A stretch of 64,000 nt of DNA from Trypanosoma brucei (lineage: Eukaryota): positions 1,216,001-1,280,000 of the forward strand of contig CM000207.1 in NCBI GenBank assembly GCA_000002445.1, read 5' to 3'. The first letter of the stretch is position 1; the number at the start of each line of letters is the position of its first letter. Positions 47,776 through 58,655 of this stretch are shown piece by piece. The position numbers and the translations under genes are program-made. The notes beneath the pieces were generated by a model, which was not told the DNA's origin, made no database searches, and saw nothing but the letters and a program-made list of their open reading frames with translations.

Positions 47776-50303
47776 TATATATCCTTCAAACACTTTCTTG
47801 TCCTTACCATCAGATACACGTAAACAAAATGGAACAATAGCAACAGCGAGTGTTAATTATAGTGACAGCAGCTTCTTTTCTTACCTTACCTTACCTTACC
47901 GTGGCACTGAATCTGCTTCCTTATTAACATACTGCACCATCTCAAGACAGAAAATTGATACTAAAAATTAACAAAAAGAACATAGATGTGATCCAAATAT
48001 CAAATAAAGCACCATCCACACACAAGCGCAAGCCTTTCACAGAATAGATACACGAAATAAATGAACACACATTTTCTGATCATCACACGCATATGCATAT
48101 CCTACATTAATTTCAGTTAACAGCTTTTGTCGTTAGCAATCCTTATTCCATCCCCGTACGTCTTACACTCTATTTCCCACGGCCTACAACACATATCAGA
48201 TGCGCTACCACTTCTATCCTACCACCACAAACTCACATTAATCAAATCCCCTCCATTTTCTCTTCCCCGCACGCAATTAGGGTTCAGTAAACGCAGTAGC
48301 ATCACAACTCTGGAGATGAGAAATGCGATTAGTCTGAAGAACAAACAATAGGTACTAACGGGTTGTATATAAATGGTCACAGCTTCGTACAACAACATCT
48401 CATGCAAAATGAAAACTAGTGATGGTACTGCACCTTTCAGCATTTCTTACCAACATTCAAAAGGATTTGGCGCACTTCCTAATTAGTTACTGTATATCGT
48501 AAAACACCGTCAAATTGTTGTACGAGAAAAAGGGAGTCTCTAGTCCCTCTCCCGTAACTTCATCATTTCAATAAATGCTAACAGTATTCATGACACCATA
48601 CAAAAGACAAGGAACAACAACATATGGGAGATTTTACAGAATCCCACTTCTACACATCACAGTGTAACCTGAAATGCACTCTTCACTTCGAGCTGCAGTA
48701 AACATGATAATTCCCATAATGCTCAATGAAAAGATAACAGAAATATATAACATATGATAGTTAATACATGATATACATTCCAGCACTTTTGTTGCTATTC
48801 CCAGAGATTCTACATGTTAGGAAACAAAATATACAGAATCAACATTACTCCAATTGCATCAGCCTCACAACACATTCGAGCGAGGGAATTGTGTAGAACT
48901 CAAGCACTGGAAATGTGAGATGCCATAAACATGTAACGATTAAACTTGAAAACAAATGCAACCTGCAAGTAAGTATAACTAATGCATGGAATGACTGGAA
49001 TTGTTGGAAATGAAGAATTTAATATAACTAAAAAGAATACGAGTATTTTCACGCGATAATGAATAATACATGATAGAATAATTCAACAGTAATCTCAGTG
49101 GTTGAGATGCCAATAACACAGTTAAGTCACAGTTGCAGCATAAACACTTCTGGAAAGACTCCATAAAGGGTAAGAAAACTAATCATATTTCAAAGACTCA
49201 ATTAGGCGTGGAAGAGCAACGGCAACTGGTACAAAATTAATGTAACTGCAGGAACATAGTGACACCAAGTGGCCATAAACTCAAGGAACTGATGTGAAAC
49301 CTCATCTCCTGAATCTTATTAGTAATGTGTAAAGAAAAAAGAAAGTAAAGAATCATTACACTCAATGCTTCTATCATTGCATATTTTGAATGTTTGTAAG
49401 CAAGCTAAGCTATTATATTGTGCGTATATTTATATTTTTTTTTCCCCTGGTAAAAGAGTAATGAATGAGAAGAGCGTATTCAAAAGAAAAATACTGAAGT
49501 GTAGTGGTGAAAACAACAACTCTTGCAGCAACTGAAAGAGCAGTGAGTGCACAAATGAATATGCTCATGCATGTCTATCAAAATGTGAGATACAGAGGCA
49601 TCACTTAGTAGAAAAAAATAATAAAGTGTGGAATAATAATAATAATAATAGTGGTAATCGTAATACCAAAGGAAGAAAGAAATAAAGACAGGTAATAATG
49701 GTGTGGCAATAATAGTAATAAATTTACTATATATGGAAAAGAAAGTGTCGTATCCTCGAAAGTAATAAAGAGAGTAATAAGAAAAGGAAGAAGTGCAACA
49801 CTGAATATTTTACTGGTTGAAACTGATTCGAAGAGAACATGGTATCAGTAGAGTTGTAGGTGCTTCTCAATTCAGTAAAATGGTTGTGACCACACAAATA
49901 TGTTTTCCCTCTCATGCACAAACTCTCCTTCCTTTACTCTCTTTGTTTCTTACTCATATGCCTTCATTTTCTTATCTTTTTGTTCTCACTTTTCTAAACC
50001 TTCAATTCGCTTCGTTATAAAGCCACTCAAATCTCGAACTACCAGTTTTGATAAATGCACCATGTCGAGTAAAACTTCCCCATGAGGACAGAAAACATGT
50101 TGACAAGAGGAGTGACATAATCATTCACTGGTTAGAGTCCACACTCGCAACAATGGAAAGAAATAAATCAGAAGTAAAACAACAAAGAGAAAAACAAATT
50201 ATATGGAAACACCAGCTTTCCCATTCCTCTCTTATTGCCTCAATATATCTTTCTTTCTTTCCTTTCTCCCTACAAACATTTGCCTCTTTCCTATACTGAT
50301 AAT

Positions 50304-50591
50304 TTATTGAGTTGGTTGCTGCTCACTTTGACACTGTGTAAAGGTTTCCCATGCCCATTTACATGGTGCCGCATTGCCTTCATTTGCTTCCAAACATTTT
50401 GCATAAGTTTGGACATGAGCTGCACAGGCACCGTTACCAACTTGTTGTGTTACCTGTTGCAACTCAGTGGGTTGTGCAGGCGGGGCATTGCGGTCGAAGA
50501 GCATATGTGAAATGCCGTGTCCAATGACGGAACCGGCTGCAACTGATGCCACATTTCCAAGGAGACCGCTACCCATTCCACCACGCTGCAC
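50304..50591 (-). pseudogene. N-terminally truncated CHCH-domain copy carried in array unit 5 (no ATG at the ORF start; an internal ATG exists at the GGMGSG Met).
   Basis: Identical to the 3' ~280 nt of 56057..56503. The track 'M' is a GTG. Upstream sequence diverges from the ancestral copy at the repeat junction (gttttgatg|...). Confidence 0.6.
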
Positions 50592-51442
50592 GTATACATT
50601 TGTTACCTGAGGTTGCGGTTGCTGAGCAGTTGTCTGGTGTGTGTTTTGATGATGTTAGTGTGTGCCGAAGAAAATTATGAAATATATCCAATAAGTGTTT
50701 CTGCAACGAATAAGTAAGGTTATGTGAAACTAAAACACATAAAAGGATCACTGCTTTCCATAGTTCCTGCATGAGCAGAGAATTGTTGGCACATAACATC
50801 TACTAACACTAGCCATACTGACAGCAACTTATTCCTCCTGCCCTCCATCCTTGCACACACACCTCACAGTAACCAGTAACACCTCACAACTATTTTAAAC
50901 ATCTGGCTTATTGTCTCAACAGGGATCAGAGGGTTGATGACATTCCCTCTGTCACAAGCGGGGTTATCGCGACGGTAAGTTATTTCATTTTATCCACACA
51001 TATATCAAATACAAAAAGTAATAATTAAGTGATGTCGCGTAACTGTTTTAGTCATAATTCACTGTGGAGTTTTGCGACCTTCAATTTCTTTCGAATTGCG
51101 AGTTGGAGGCCATACTGTTCCTGCTTCTTGTTGCAAGTCAATTAGGACATGTTAATTGGATTCATCCTCCATAAGTTCTGGCATTTGCAGGTAACAACAC
51201 CAGCATTATTTCTAAAAATTGTTATTTGCATTCAAAGAGTGAAATAGAGTGCATTTGGATAAAATAAATTAAGTCTCATAGCAACAGCAAAAAGAGACTC
51301 TTTAGGGTTTATTACAAACACATTCAATGAACAAACACACTATACCATTAACACAATTAAATTCCAAATACTATAACACATGTATTCTGTTCCAAAAAGT
51401 TACAATAAGTATTATGGTAATCACATCATAAGGTTATCACGA

Positions 51443-52378
51443 TTAAAGAAAAAAGCATAAAAATGAAATTACAAGTGCAAATAATTTTTCCATCATATCT
51501 ACATTTCGGTTATAAGCATAAGCACCATCAAAGGGTTTCCTCCTCATGTAAGATAACATTGGTAGCAACATTGCATCATCGAGAAGGCATTGCTCTCTCT
51601 GTGCCGCAGTAAGATTGAGCCATGAGTTTTCAAGATACTTGTTGTCGAGTTCCGCCTTTACACTGGGAGTGTTGTAACATGTTTCAGCAGAGCAAGCGGT
51701 GCAGCTGTTTTTGTTCATTTCCTCCTGTAGCTCCTGTGTTACTGTCTTTACTTGTTGTTTTAAATGGTTGAGAAGTGCAGCTTTTTTTTCCAATGCTACC
51801 TCTAGAGGAGCAGTGATTTCCTTAATGTCGCTGTTGCACTGTTGGTTCTTCCTCTTTATTTTGTTTTCTTTTTCGCGATTGTAGGCTTCAAGGGTTGTAA
51901 CGGTTGCATTCGAATTCTTTAATTTTGTGAGCAATTGCTTGCATTCATTACTTGCGTTCGTCTTCGTTGTGTGGTTCAGTTTGAGGAGCTCTGTATCAGC
52001 TTTCTTTTTGTCAAGCTCAGTTTGCAAATCCGTAACATTTTTCACCTGTATCTTCGTTTCGGTAGTTATTGTTTCGTTGCACAAGTCTCCCTTAACCACT
52101 TCATTTCGTAAAGACTCGTGATCCTCAACCAATTCATTTAGAGTTTTTTCGTTGCTGCAGTTCCAATAAAAGGAAACATTCCGCCGTCTTCGTTCCAACT
52201 CATCACAAAATATCCACTTCTTATCACTTTCAAAAAATTCCTCTCCACCCTTGGAAGAGAGAGCTTCCATTGATTTATTTTTTCCTTCCTCCATCCATTT
52301 TGTATAAGCGCAAGAATCAGCGCCTGCCCATTCATTTAAGCGAGAAATGAGCAACAAAACTCCAACTATCGTTCGCAT
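51443..52378 (-). CDS. Array unit 5, type B: surface protein with a C-terminal hydrophobic tail.
   Basis: ATG verified at 52376-52378 (MRTIVGVLLLISRLNEWAGADS). C-terminus SCTACSAETCYNTPSVKAELDNKYLENSW...LFALVISFLCFFL. Confidence 0.75.
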   Translation of the reverse strand: MRTIVGVLLLISRLNEWAGADSCAYTKWMEEGKNKSMEALSSKGGEEFFESDKKWIFCDELERRRRNVSFYWNCSNEKTLNELVEDHESLRNEVVKGDLCNETITTETKIQVKNVTDLQTELDKKKADTELLKLNHTTKTNASNECKQLLTKLKNSNATVTTLEAYNREKENKIKRKNQQCNSDIKEITAPLEVALEKKAALLNHLKQQVKTVTQELQEEMNKNSCTACSAETCYNTPSVKAELDNKYLENSWLNLTAAQREQCLLDDAMLLPMLSYMRRKPFDGAYAYNRNVDMMEKLFALVISFLCFFL

Positions 52379-52635
52379 TTTCTTAATGCCCCTACAGCAG
52401 ATGATATGAAATAAAGCACGCGTATATATTTTCCATAAAACATTTGCATAAGAGCAGCAATATTTCCACCCAAGAACAAAGCCAACTGTACCGATTCACA
52501 AAATGATATTATAATGATAATTAACTAACATGTATGATATTCATAAAAATTCCATTATTATTTCACATGATGGAAAGAAATCTCTGCTGATACTGACAGA
52601 TTAATAAGTAAGAAAAAATACAAACATAACATATT

Positions 52636-53508
52636 TTATTTCCATAACTGTTTACATGCTTCCGTAACATTTTTAATGATTTCCCTAAATACTTTTGGAT
52701 AACACTTCACGTTTGACCCCGCATTCATCCATCCATCTCTTCCATATAGTTTATCCAACTCTTCCTTTATTTTCACATCATCCCAACAGGTCTCACCATC
52801 ACATGCGGGACACTCTTTATTCAACATAAGCATTTTCAATTGCTGCTTCTTTAGCTCCAATGTCTTATTCACATTTCTGATTTCTTCGTCCATTTTTTCA
52901 AGTTTACATTCGTATTCTTCCATCGCTTCATACTTCCCGTTTTCGCACTCTCTTGTCTCTTTTTCCATAAGCGTGTCCAGTCGTGCACTTTCTTTCGTAA
53001 GGTTCCATATCTTACCGTCCTCCTTAGTAACTATTCCAACCTCCTTCCAACATTCCTGTTTTGCTTGATCTGCCTCCTCACTCTCTGCTCGAAGACGCTT
53101 ATGCTCATTTTCTTCGTCGCCAATCATCTTCCGGAGTTCCGCTGCCTCCTTCTCAAGGTTCTCCTTCTTCTCCTGCACTTTTGTTTTGCAAACAGTTATG
53201 TTACTTACCTCACTGCTCCAGCTAAGTTTCTTCATGATGATACTTGTGGGATGTTCATTATTTGAGGCATCACAAAACCACTTAATTTTATTTCTCTCCT
53301 CCTTTGTCCCGCTGCTGTTGCATACCATCCACATCGGCTCAGAGCTCATAAAGTAATGACCGTTATCGATTTCAGCCACAACATCTCCTTCTTTGCCTTT
53401 TAAAGTGCAAATATCCGCGTCCACCCTCCCAGTGAAAACCAACAATATCACTCCCGCCAATGATAAAAACATAAGTGTCCCATACTCTTTCATATTGTCA
53501 CCTCGCAT
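52636..53508 (-). CDS. Array unit 5, type A: secreted coiled-coil protein whose C-terminal tail differs from the other A copies (...DGWMNAGSNVKCYPKVFREIIKNVTEACKQLWK).
   Basis: The track ORF starts at TTG (53565). ATGs are at 53506-53508 and 53491-53493 (MKEYGTLMFLSLAGVILLVFTG). The conserved KECPACDGETCWDDVKIKEELDKLYGRDGW is followed by a divergent tail. This is caused by indels relative to the other units (compare 52636-52760 with 41173-41290). Confidence 0.7.
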   Translation of the reverse strand: MRGDNMKEYGTLMFLSLAGVILLVFTGRVDADICTLKGKEGDVVAEIDNGHYFMSSEPMWMVCNSSGTKEERNKIKWFCDASNNEHPTSIIMKKLSWSSEVSNITVCKTKVQEKKENLEKEAAELRKMIGDEENEHKRLRAESEEADQAKQECWKEVGIVTKEDGKIWNLTKESARLDTLMEKETRECENGKYEAMEEYECKLEKMDEEIRNVNKTLELKKQQLKMLMLNKECPACDGETCWDDVKIKEELDKLYGRDGWMNAGSNVKCYPKVFREIIKNVTEACKQLWK

Positions 53509-56056
53509 TATATATCCTTCAAACACTTTCTTGTCCTTGTTAACAAATACATATACCCAAACCAAATGGAATAATAGAAACAGCGAGTGTTAATTATAGT
53601 GACAGCAGCTTCTTTTCTTACCTTACCTTACCTTACCGTGGCACCGAATCTGCTTCCTTATTAACATACTGCACCATCTCAAGACAGAAAATTGATACTA
53701 AAAATTAACAAAAAGAACATAGATGTGATCCAAATATCAAATAAAGCACCATCCACACACAAGCGCAAGCCTTTCACAGAATAGATACACGAAATAAATG
53801 AACACACATTTTCTGATCATCACACGCATATGCATATCCTACATTAATTTCAGTTAACAGCTTTTGTCGTTAGCAATCCTTATTCCATCCCCGTACGTCT
53901 TACACTCTATTTCCCACGGCCTACAACACATATCAGATGCGCTACCACTTCTATCCTACCACCACAAACTCACATTAATCAAATCCCCTCCATTTTCTCT
54001 TCCCCGCACGCAATTAGGGTTCAGTAAACGCAGTAGCATCACAATTCTGGAGATTCCGGTAATGCGATCACCCTGAAGAACAATTAATATTAACGGGCTG
54101 CATCTCTCACTACAATTCCACATAACGACACACCCCATGAAATATGAGAACTTTTGGTGACATTATATCGTTTGGCATTTCCTACCAACATTCAAAAGGA
54201 TTTGCCACACATCACAATTAGTTACTGTATATCGTAAAACACCGTGAAATAGTGTAGCAGTACGAGAAAAAGGGAGTCTCTAGTCCCTCTCCCGTAACTT
54301 CATCATTTCAATAAATGCTAACAGTGGCTATAACCCCAAACAGAAAAAACAAGGAACAACAACATATGGGATATTCGACTAAATCCCATCTCTCTGCATC
54401 ACAGTGTCACCTGGAATGCATCTTTCACCTCGAGTTGAAGTAAACAAAATAATTCCTACAGTATCGAATGGAAATATAACAGAAATGCATAACATATGAT
54501 AGGTAATACGTAATACATATTCCAGCACTTTTGTCACTATACGCGGAGATCTGACATGTTGGGAAACAAAATATACAACATCAACATTACTCCAATTGCA
54601 TCAGCCTCACAATACACTCAAGTGAAAGAAATGTAGAACTCAAGTACTGGAAATGCGAGATATCATAAACTTGCCACAGTTAAACTCAGTGAAAACAAAT
54701 GCAATCTGGAAGTAAGTGTAACTAATGTATGGAATGACTGGAATTGTTGGAAATACAGAATTTAATATAACTAAAAATAATACGTGTATTTTCATGCCAC
54801 ACGGAATAAAAAATGTGATAGAATACAACAACAGTAACCACAGTGGCTGAAATTCAAATAACACAGTTAAGTCACAGTTGCAGCATAAACACTTCTGGAA
54901 AGACTCCATAAAGGGAAAGAAAACTAATCATATTTCAAAGACTCAATTAGGCGTGGAAGAGAAACGGCAACTGGTACAAAATTAATGTAACTGCAGGAAC
55001 ATAGTGACACCAAGTGGCCATAAACTCAAGCGCCTGATGTGAAACCTCACCTCCTGAATCTTATTAGTAATGTGTAAACAAAAAAAGAAAGCATAGAATC
55101 ATTGCACTCAATGCTTCCATCATTGCATATTTTGAATGTTTGTAAGTAAGCTAAGCTATTATATTGTGCGTATATTTATATATTTTCTTCCCCTGGTAAA
55201 AGAGTAAGGAATGAGAAGAGCTTATTCAAGAAAAATACTGAAGTGTAGTGGTGAAAACAACAACTCTTGCAGCAACTGAAAGAGCAGTGAGCGTACAAAT
55301 GAATATGCTCATGCAATGCCTTCAACTTCACGCACGTTTAGCATAATGTGAGATACAGAGGCATCACTTAGTAGAAAAAAATAATAAAGTGTGGAATAAT
55401 AATAATAATAATAGTGGTAATTGTAATACCAAAGAAATAGAGGTTATAGGGGTGGCAATAATAGTAACAAATTTACTATATATGGAAAAGAAAGTGTCGT
55501 ATTCTCGAAAGTAATAAAGAGAGTAATAAGAAAAGGAAGAAGTGCAACACTGAATATTTTACTGGTTGAAACTGATTCGAAGAGAACATGGTATCAGTAG
55601 AGTTGTAGGTGCTTCTCAATTCAGTAAAATGGTTGTGACCACACAAATATGTTTTCCCTCTCATGCACAAACTCTCCTTCCTTTCCTCTTTTTATTTCTC
55701 ACTCATATGCCTTCATTTCCTTATCTTTTTCTTTGTTCTCACTTTTCTAAACCTTCACATCACTTCGTTACAAAGCCACTCAAATCTCGAACTACCAGTT
55801 TTGATAAATGCACCATGTCGAGTAAAACTTCCCCATGAGGACAGAAAACATGTTGACAAGAGGAGTGACATAATCATTCACTGGTTAGAGTCCACACTCG
55901 CAACAATGGAAAGAAATAAATCAGAAGTAAAACAACAAAGAGAAAAACAAATTATATGGAAACACCAGCTTTCCCATTCCTCTCTTATTGCCTCAATATA
56001 TCTTTCTTTCTTTCCTTTCTCCCTACAAACATTTGCCTCTTTCCTATACTGATAAT

Positions 56057-56503
56057 TTATTGAGTTGGTTGCTGCTCACTTTGACACTGTGTAAAGGTTT
56101 CCCATGCCCATTTACATGGTGCCGCATTGCCTTCATTTGCTTCCAAACATTTTGCATAAGTTTGGACATGAGCTGCACAGGCACCGTTACCAACTTGTTG
56201 TGCCACCTGTTGCAACTCAGTGGGTTGTGCTGGCGGGGCATTGCGGTCGAAGAGCATATGTGAAATGCCGTGGCCAATGACGGAACCGGCTGCAACTGAT
56301 GCCACATTTCCAAGGAGACCGCTACCCATTCCACCACGCTGCACGTACACATTTGTTACCTGAGGTTGCGGTTGCTGAGCAGTTGTCTGGTGTGTGTTTT
56401 GATGATTATGTTGTTGTTGTTGATGTGGTGGTGGTGTTGTGCGTGCGGGTGAAGCCGCAGCGGCGGGGCGCGGAGATGAGGCTGAACGACGAGTGCGAGC
56501 CAT
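56057..56503 (-). CDS. Full-length twin-Cx9C CHCH-domain protein of the CHCHD2/CHCHD10/Mix17 type (mitochondrial intermembrane space).
   Basis: ATG verified at 56501-56503. Arg/Ser/Ala/Pro-rich N-terminus (MARTRRSASSPRPAAAASPARTT), then a Gln/His-rich linker. The conserved hydrophobic helix GMGSGLLGNVASVAAGSVIGHGISHMLF compares with human CHCHD2 AAGVAVGSAVGHTLGHAITGGF. Two Cx9C pairs: CAAHVQTYAKC and CKWAWETFTQC. Confidence 0.75.
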   Translation of the reverse strand: MARTRRSASSPRPAAAASPARTTPPPHQQQQHNHQNTHQTTAQQPQPQVTNVYVQRGGMGSGLLGNVASVAAGSVIGHGISHMLFDRNAPPAQPTELQQVAQQVGNGACAAHVQTYAKCLEANEGNAAPCKWAWETFTQCQSEQQPTQ

Positions 56504-56727
56504 TTTTGCGAATATCTTACGGAAAACCTTTTTTTTTTACCGGTTAGGGATAAATATATCACTTGTGAGCACTTAATTTTCTGCGGAAATGTTTACCCCG
56601 TGTTCCCAATTAATGAAGAAAGCATGGACAACTGTGTGTGAAGTAGTTGTGGGTGGGGAGTGTCGACCAGTGTCGTTTCGCCAAAGCAGTTACGTGCATG
56701 TGCGAAAATTAGTAAATAATTATGTTG

Positions 56728-56732
<5 letters not shown>

Positions 56733-56761
<29 letters not shown>
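56733..56761. repeat. (AT)14 microsatellite between the CHCH gene and the E2 gene.
   Basis: atatatatatatatatatatatatatat read directly. Confidence 0.9.
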
Positions 56762-56763
<2 letters not shown>

Positions 56764-57268
56764 ATGGCCTTGTGGAAGCGGTGTTTAAGGGGCCAGTAGT
56801 AGTTTGGAAGAAATGAAGCAATCGTCCAATAACAATTAAAAAAAACTCACACTTTTTTGTTTTATTTTAAAGGAAGACGAAGGAAACAATAATAATTAAA
56901 AAGGAACTTCCTCAAAATCGGTAATAAGCAACAGAATCCCTCCTCACACTCTAGGCCAACGCATCTAGTCAAGTGAAAAAGGAAGGGAAGGAAAAACTAT
57001 AATGAGCCACGTTAGAGACGTTACCCTGCTTCATTCTCTTCGCTTATTTGCTTCATCAAACCGGTGATCACTCACGTCCCCGTACACCTCTCCTTCTTTT
57101 CCTGTACTTATTTTTTTTTCCTTCTCAAATATCCCATTCTTCCTTTTCCTTTTTTGTTTTTCGTTTAAAATATTGTTGTGTGGCAACCGTGCATTTGATT
57201 AATGGCGAATACCTTACACTTCTCCCCTTTGCTTTTCCCAACTTTCCATACGTGGTGCTGTTGTTGCC

Positions 57269-57721
57269 TCACGCCTTGTTGGCGTATTTCTTTGTCCATT
57301 CCCGTGCAACCTTCATGGCTTCAGCTTCATTACGTTTCCATGCTCCTGCCACTTCATTGTCAAGCGGATCATCGGGGTTTGGACTGGCCATCAATAGTTG
57401 AATGCTGAGGAGTACTTGAGCAATTTGTAGCGCTGGGGACCATTTGTCTTTGATGACGTCGAGGCAAATGCGTCCCAACTTATCCACGTTGGGATGATAA
57501 ATACGTGTAAGAAACCGCACCTTCAATGGTACCATCGGGTACTCTTCCGGGAGGAAAAGTTCAAGTTCAAAAATGCCACCTTCATAACTGCTTTGTGGAG
57601 GGCCACGAATTGTCACATGGAAATGACGCGGGTTCTCAGGGGAGGGCGTTGCGGTAATGCCTTCCGGTGGGTCCTTCCGCATCTTTTCCGTTTCTTTAAT
57701 AATACGAGGTGTCAGCGTCAT
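57269..57721 (-). CDS. UBC13: Ubiquitin-conjugating enzyme E2, UBC13/UBE2N type.
   Basis: ATG verified at 57719-57721. 150 aa. Contains the HPN active-site motif ([27 protein letters not shown]) with the catalytic Cys in RICLD, and the Ubc13-like N-terminus [22 protein letters not shown]. Confidence 0.85.
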   Translation of the reverse strand: MTLTPRIIKETEKMRKDPPEGITATPSPENPRHFHVTIRGPPQSSYEGGIFELELFLPEEYPMVPLKVRFLTRIYHPNVDKLGRICLDVIKDKWSPALQIAQVLLSIQLLMASPNPDDPLDNEVAGAWKRNEAEAMKVAREWTKKYANKA

Positions 57722-58655
57722 GTTGTTTGTTTGTTTGTTGTTAATAATAGTATTTGGTGTGCTTTTCCTTCCTTCCTTCCTTTGTTTGTTTCGGTAGAAG
57801 AAGAAAATTGTGACGCGAAGGGATTTTTAAAAAAAAAAATAACATAGAAGTGGTCAACGTAAAGGAGGTTGGATAGTTCTGCCTGCCGCTGCTCGTCACA
57901 TCAAAGGAAAAAAAGGAAAGAGCAGCCCTGTGTAACGATGTAAAGTTGGGGAAAATCGAGAGTGATTTGGTGGTGGATGACAGCAAAATCCCACGCGTGG
58001 GAAAAATCCGGTCCGTAATATTTGAGGGTTCAAAAGCAAACAAATAAACAGAAAAGGGGAACATATCCTCGGAAGAGGAAAAAATAAAATAAAATAAAGA
58101 TGCAAAGGACAAGTGATCAAAAGCAAACAACAATGTTTATTAGCGTCGGAGTGTATAAATGTTTGGGATAGGGGAAGTTCATTTTTGCCTCCGCTTCTGT
58201 GTTTTCAGCGGACGCATCTGCAAAAGTCTAAACAAAATTTCCCCTTGTTTTGTTTCCCGCTTCGTTTTCGTCGTATCTCACCCCTTTACGCAACTCTGTC
58301 AGTGTGTTTTTGTTAGCCCCCACTTTCCTGCTCTCGGGGGTGTGTGTGGGGGGTTGCCACTATTGGCAAATGAATAAATAACTGAACGGATAATCCAATA
58401 ATTAAAAACAATAAAACAAAATAAGTTTCAACAATGAAAGCACGCAGCGGTGAGATGATGAAAACATACAGAAAGAAGTCTGGGAATTGTGGACCCATCC
58501 GAGGTGTGAGGAAGAGGATAAGAAGAAGGTAAGAAAATGGCAAGAAGAGTGAAGGCGCGTATATAACAAACACAATTGAAAAACTAAAATAGGAGAAAAC
58601 ATATAGATAAATTAGGTGAGGTGAGTTTTTCAAACATCAAACGATATCACTCCGT

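Larger units (their letters stand above)
27515..56342 (-). repeat. Tandem array of five ~5.75 kb units. Each unit is [truncated CHCH copy] - ~2.5 kb - [type A gene] - ~0.2 kb - [type B gene] - ~0.85 kb.
   Basis: Periodicity read from gene coordinates: B genes at 28398, 34154, 39955, 45700 and 51443, with offsets of 5756, 5801, 5745 and 5743. The left boundary is inside the first ~7 codons of a CHCH copy (~27515). The right boundary is inside the 5' part of the ancestral CHCH gene (~56343). Confidence 0.9.

Noticed and set aside
27515-56342. Possibility that the regular repeat structure is a CRISPR-like or satellite array.
   Set aside because: Units are 5.7 kb and contain protein-coding genes. 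The context (retrotransposon, UBC13, IFT139, directional cluster) is eukaryotic and kinetoplastid.
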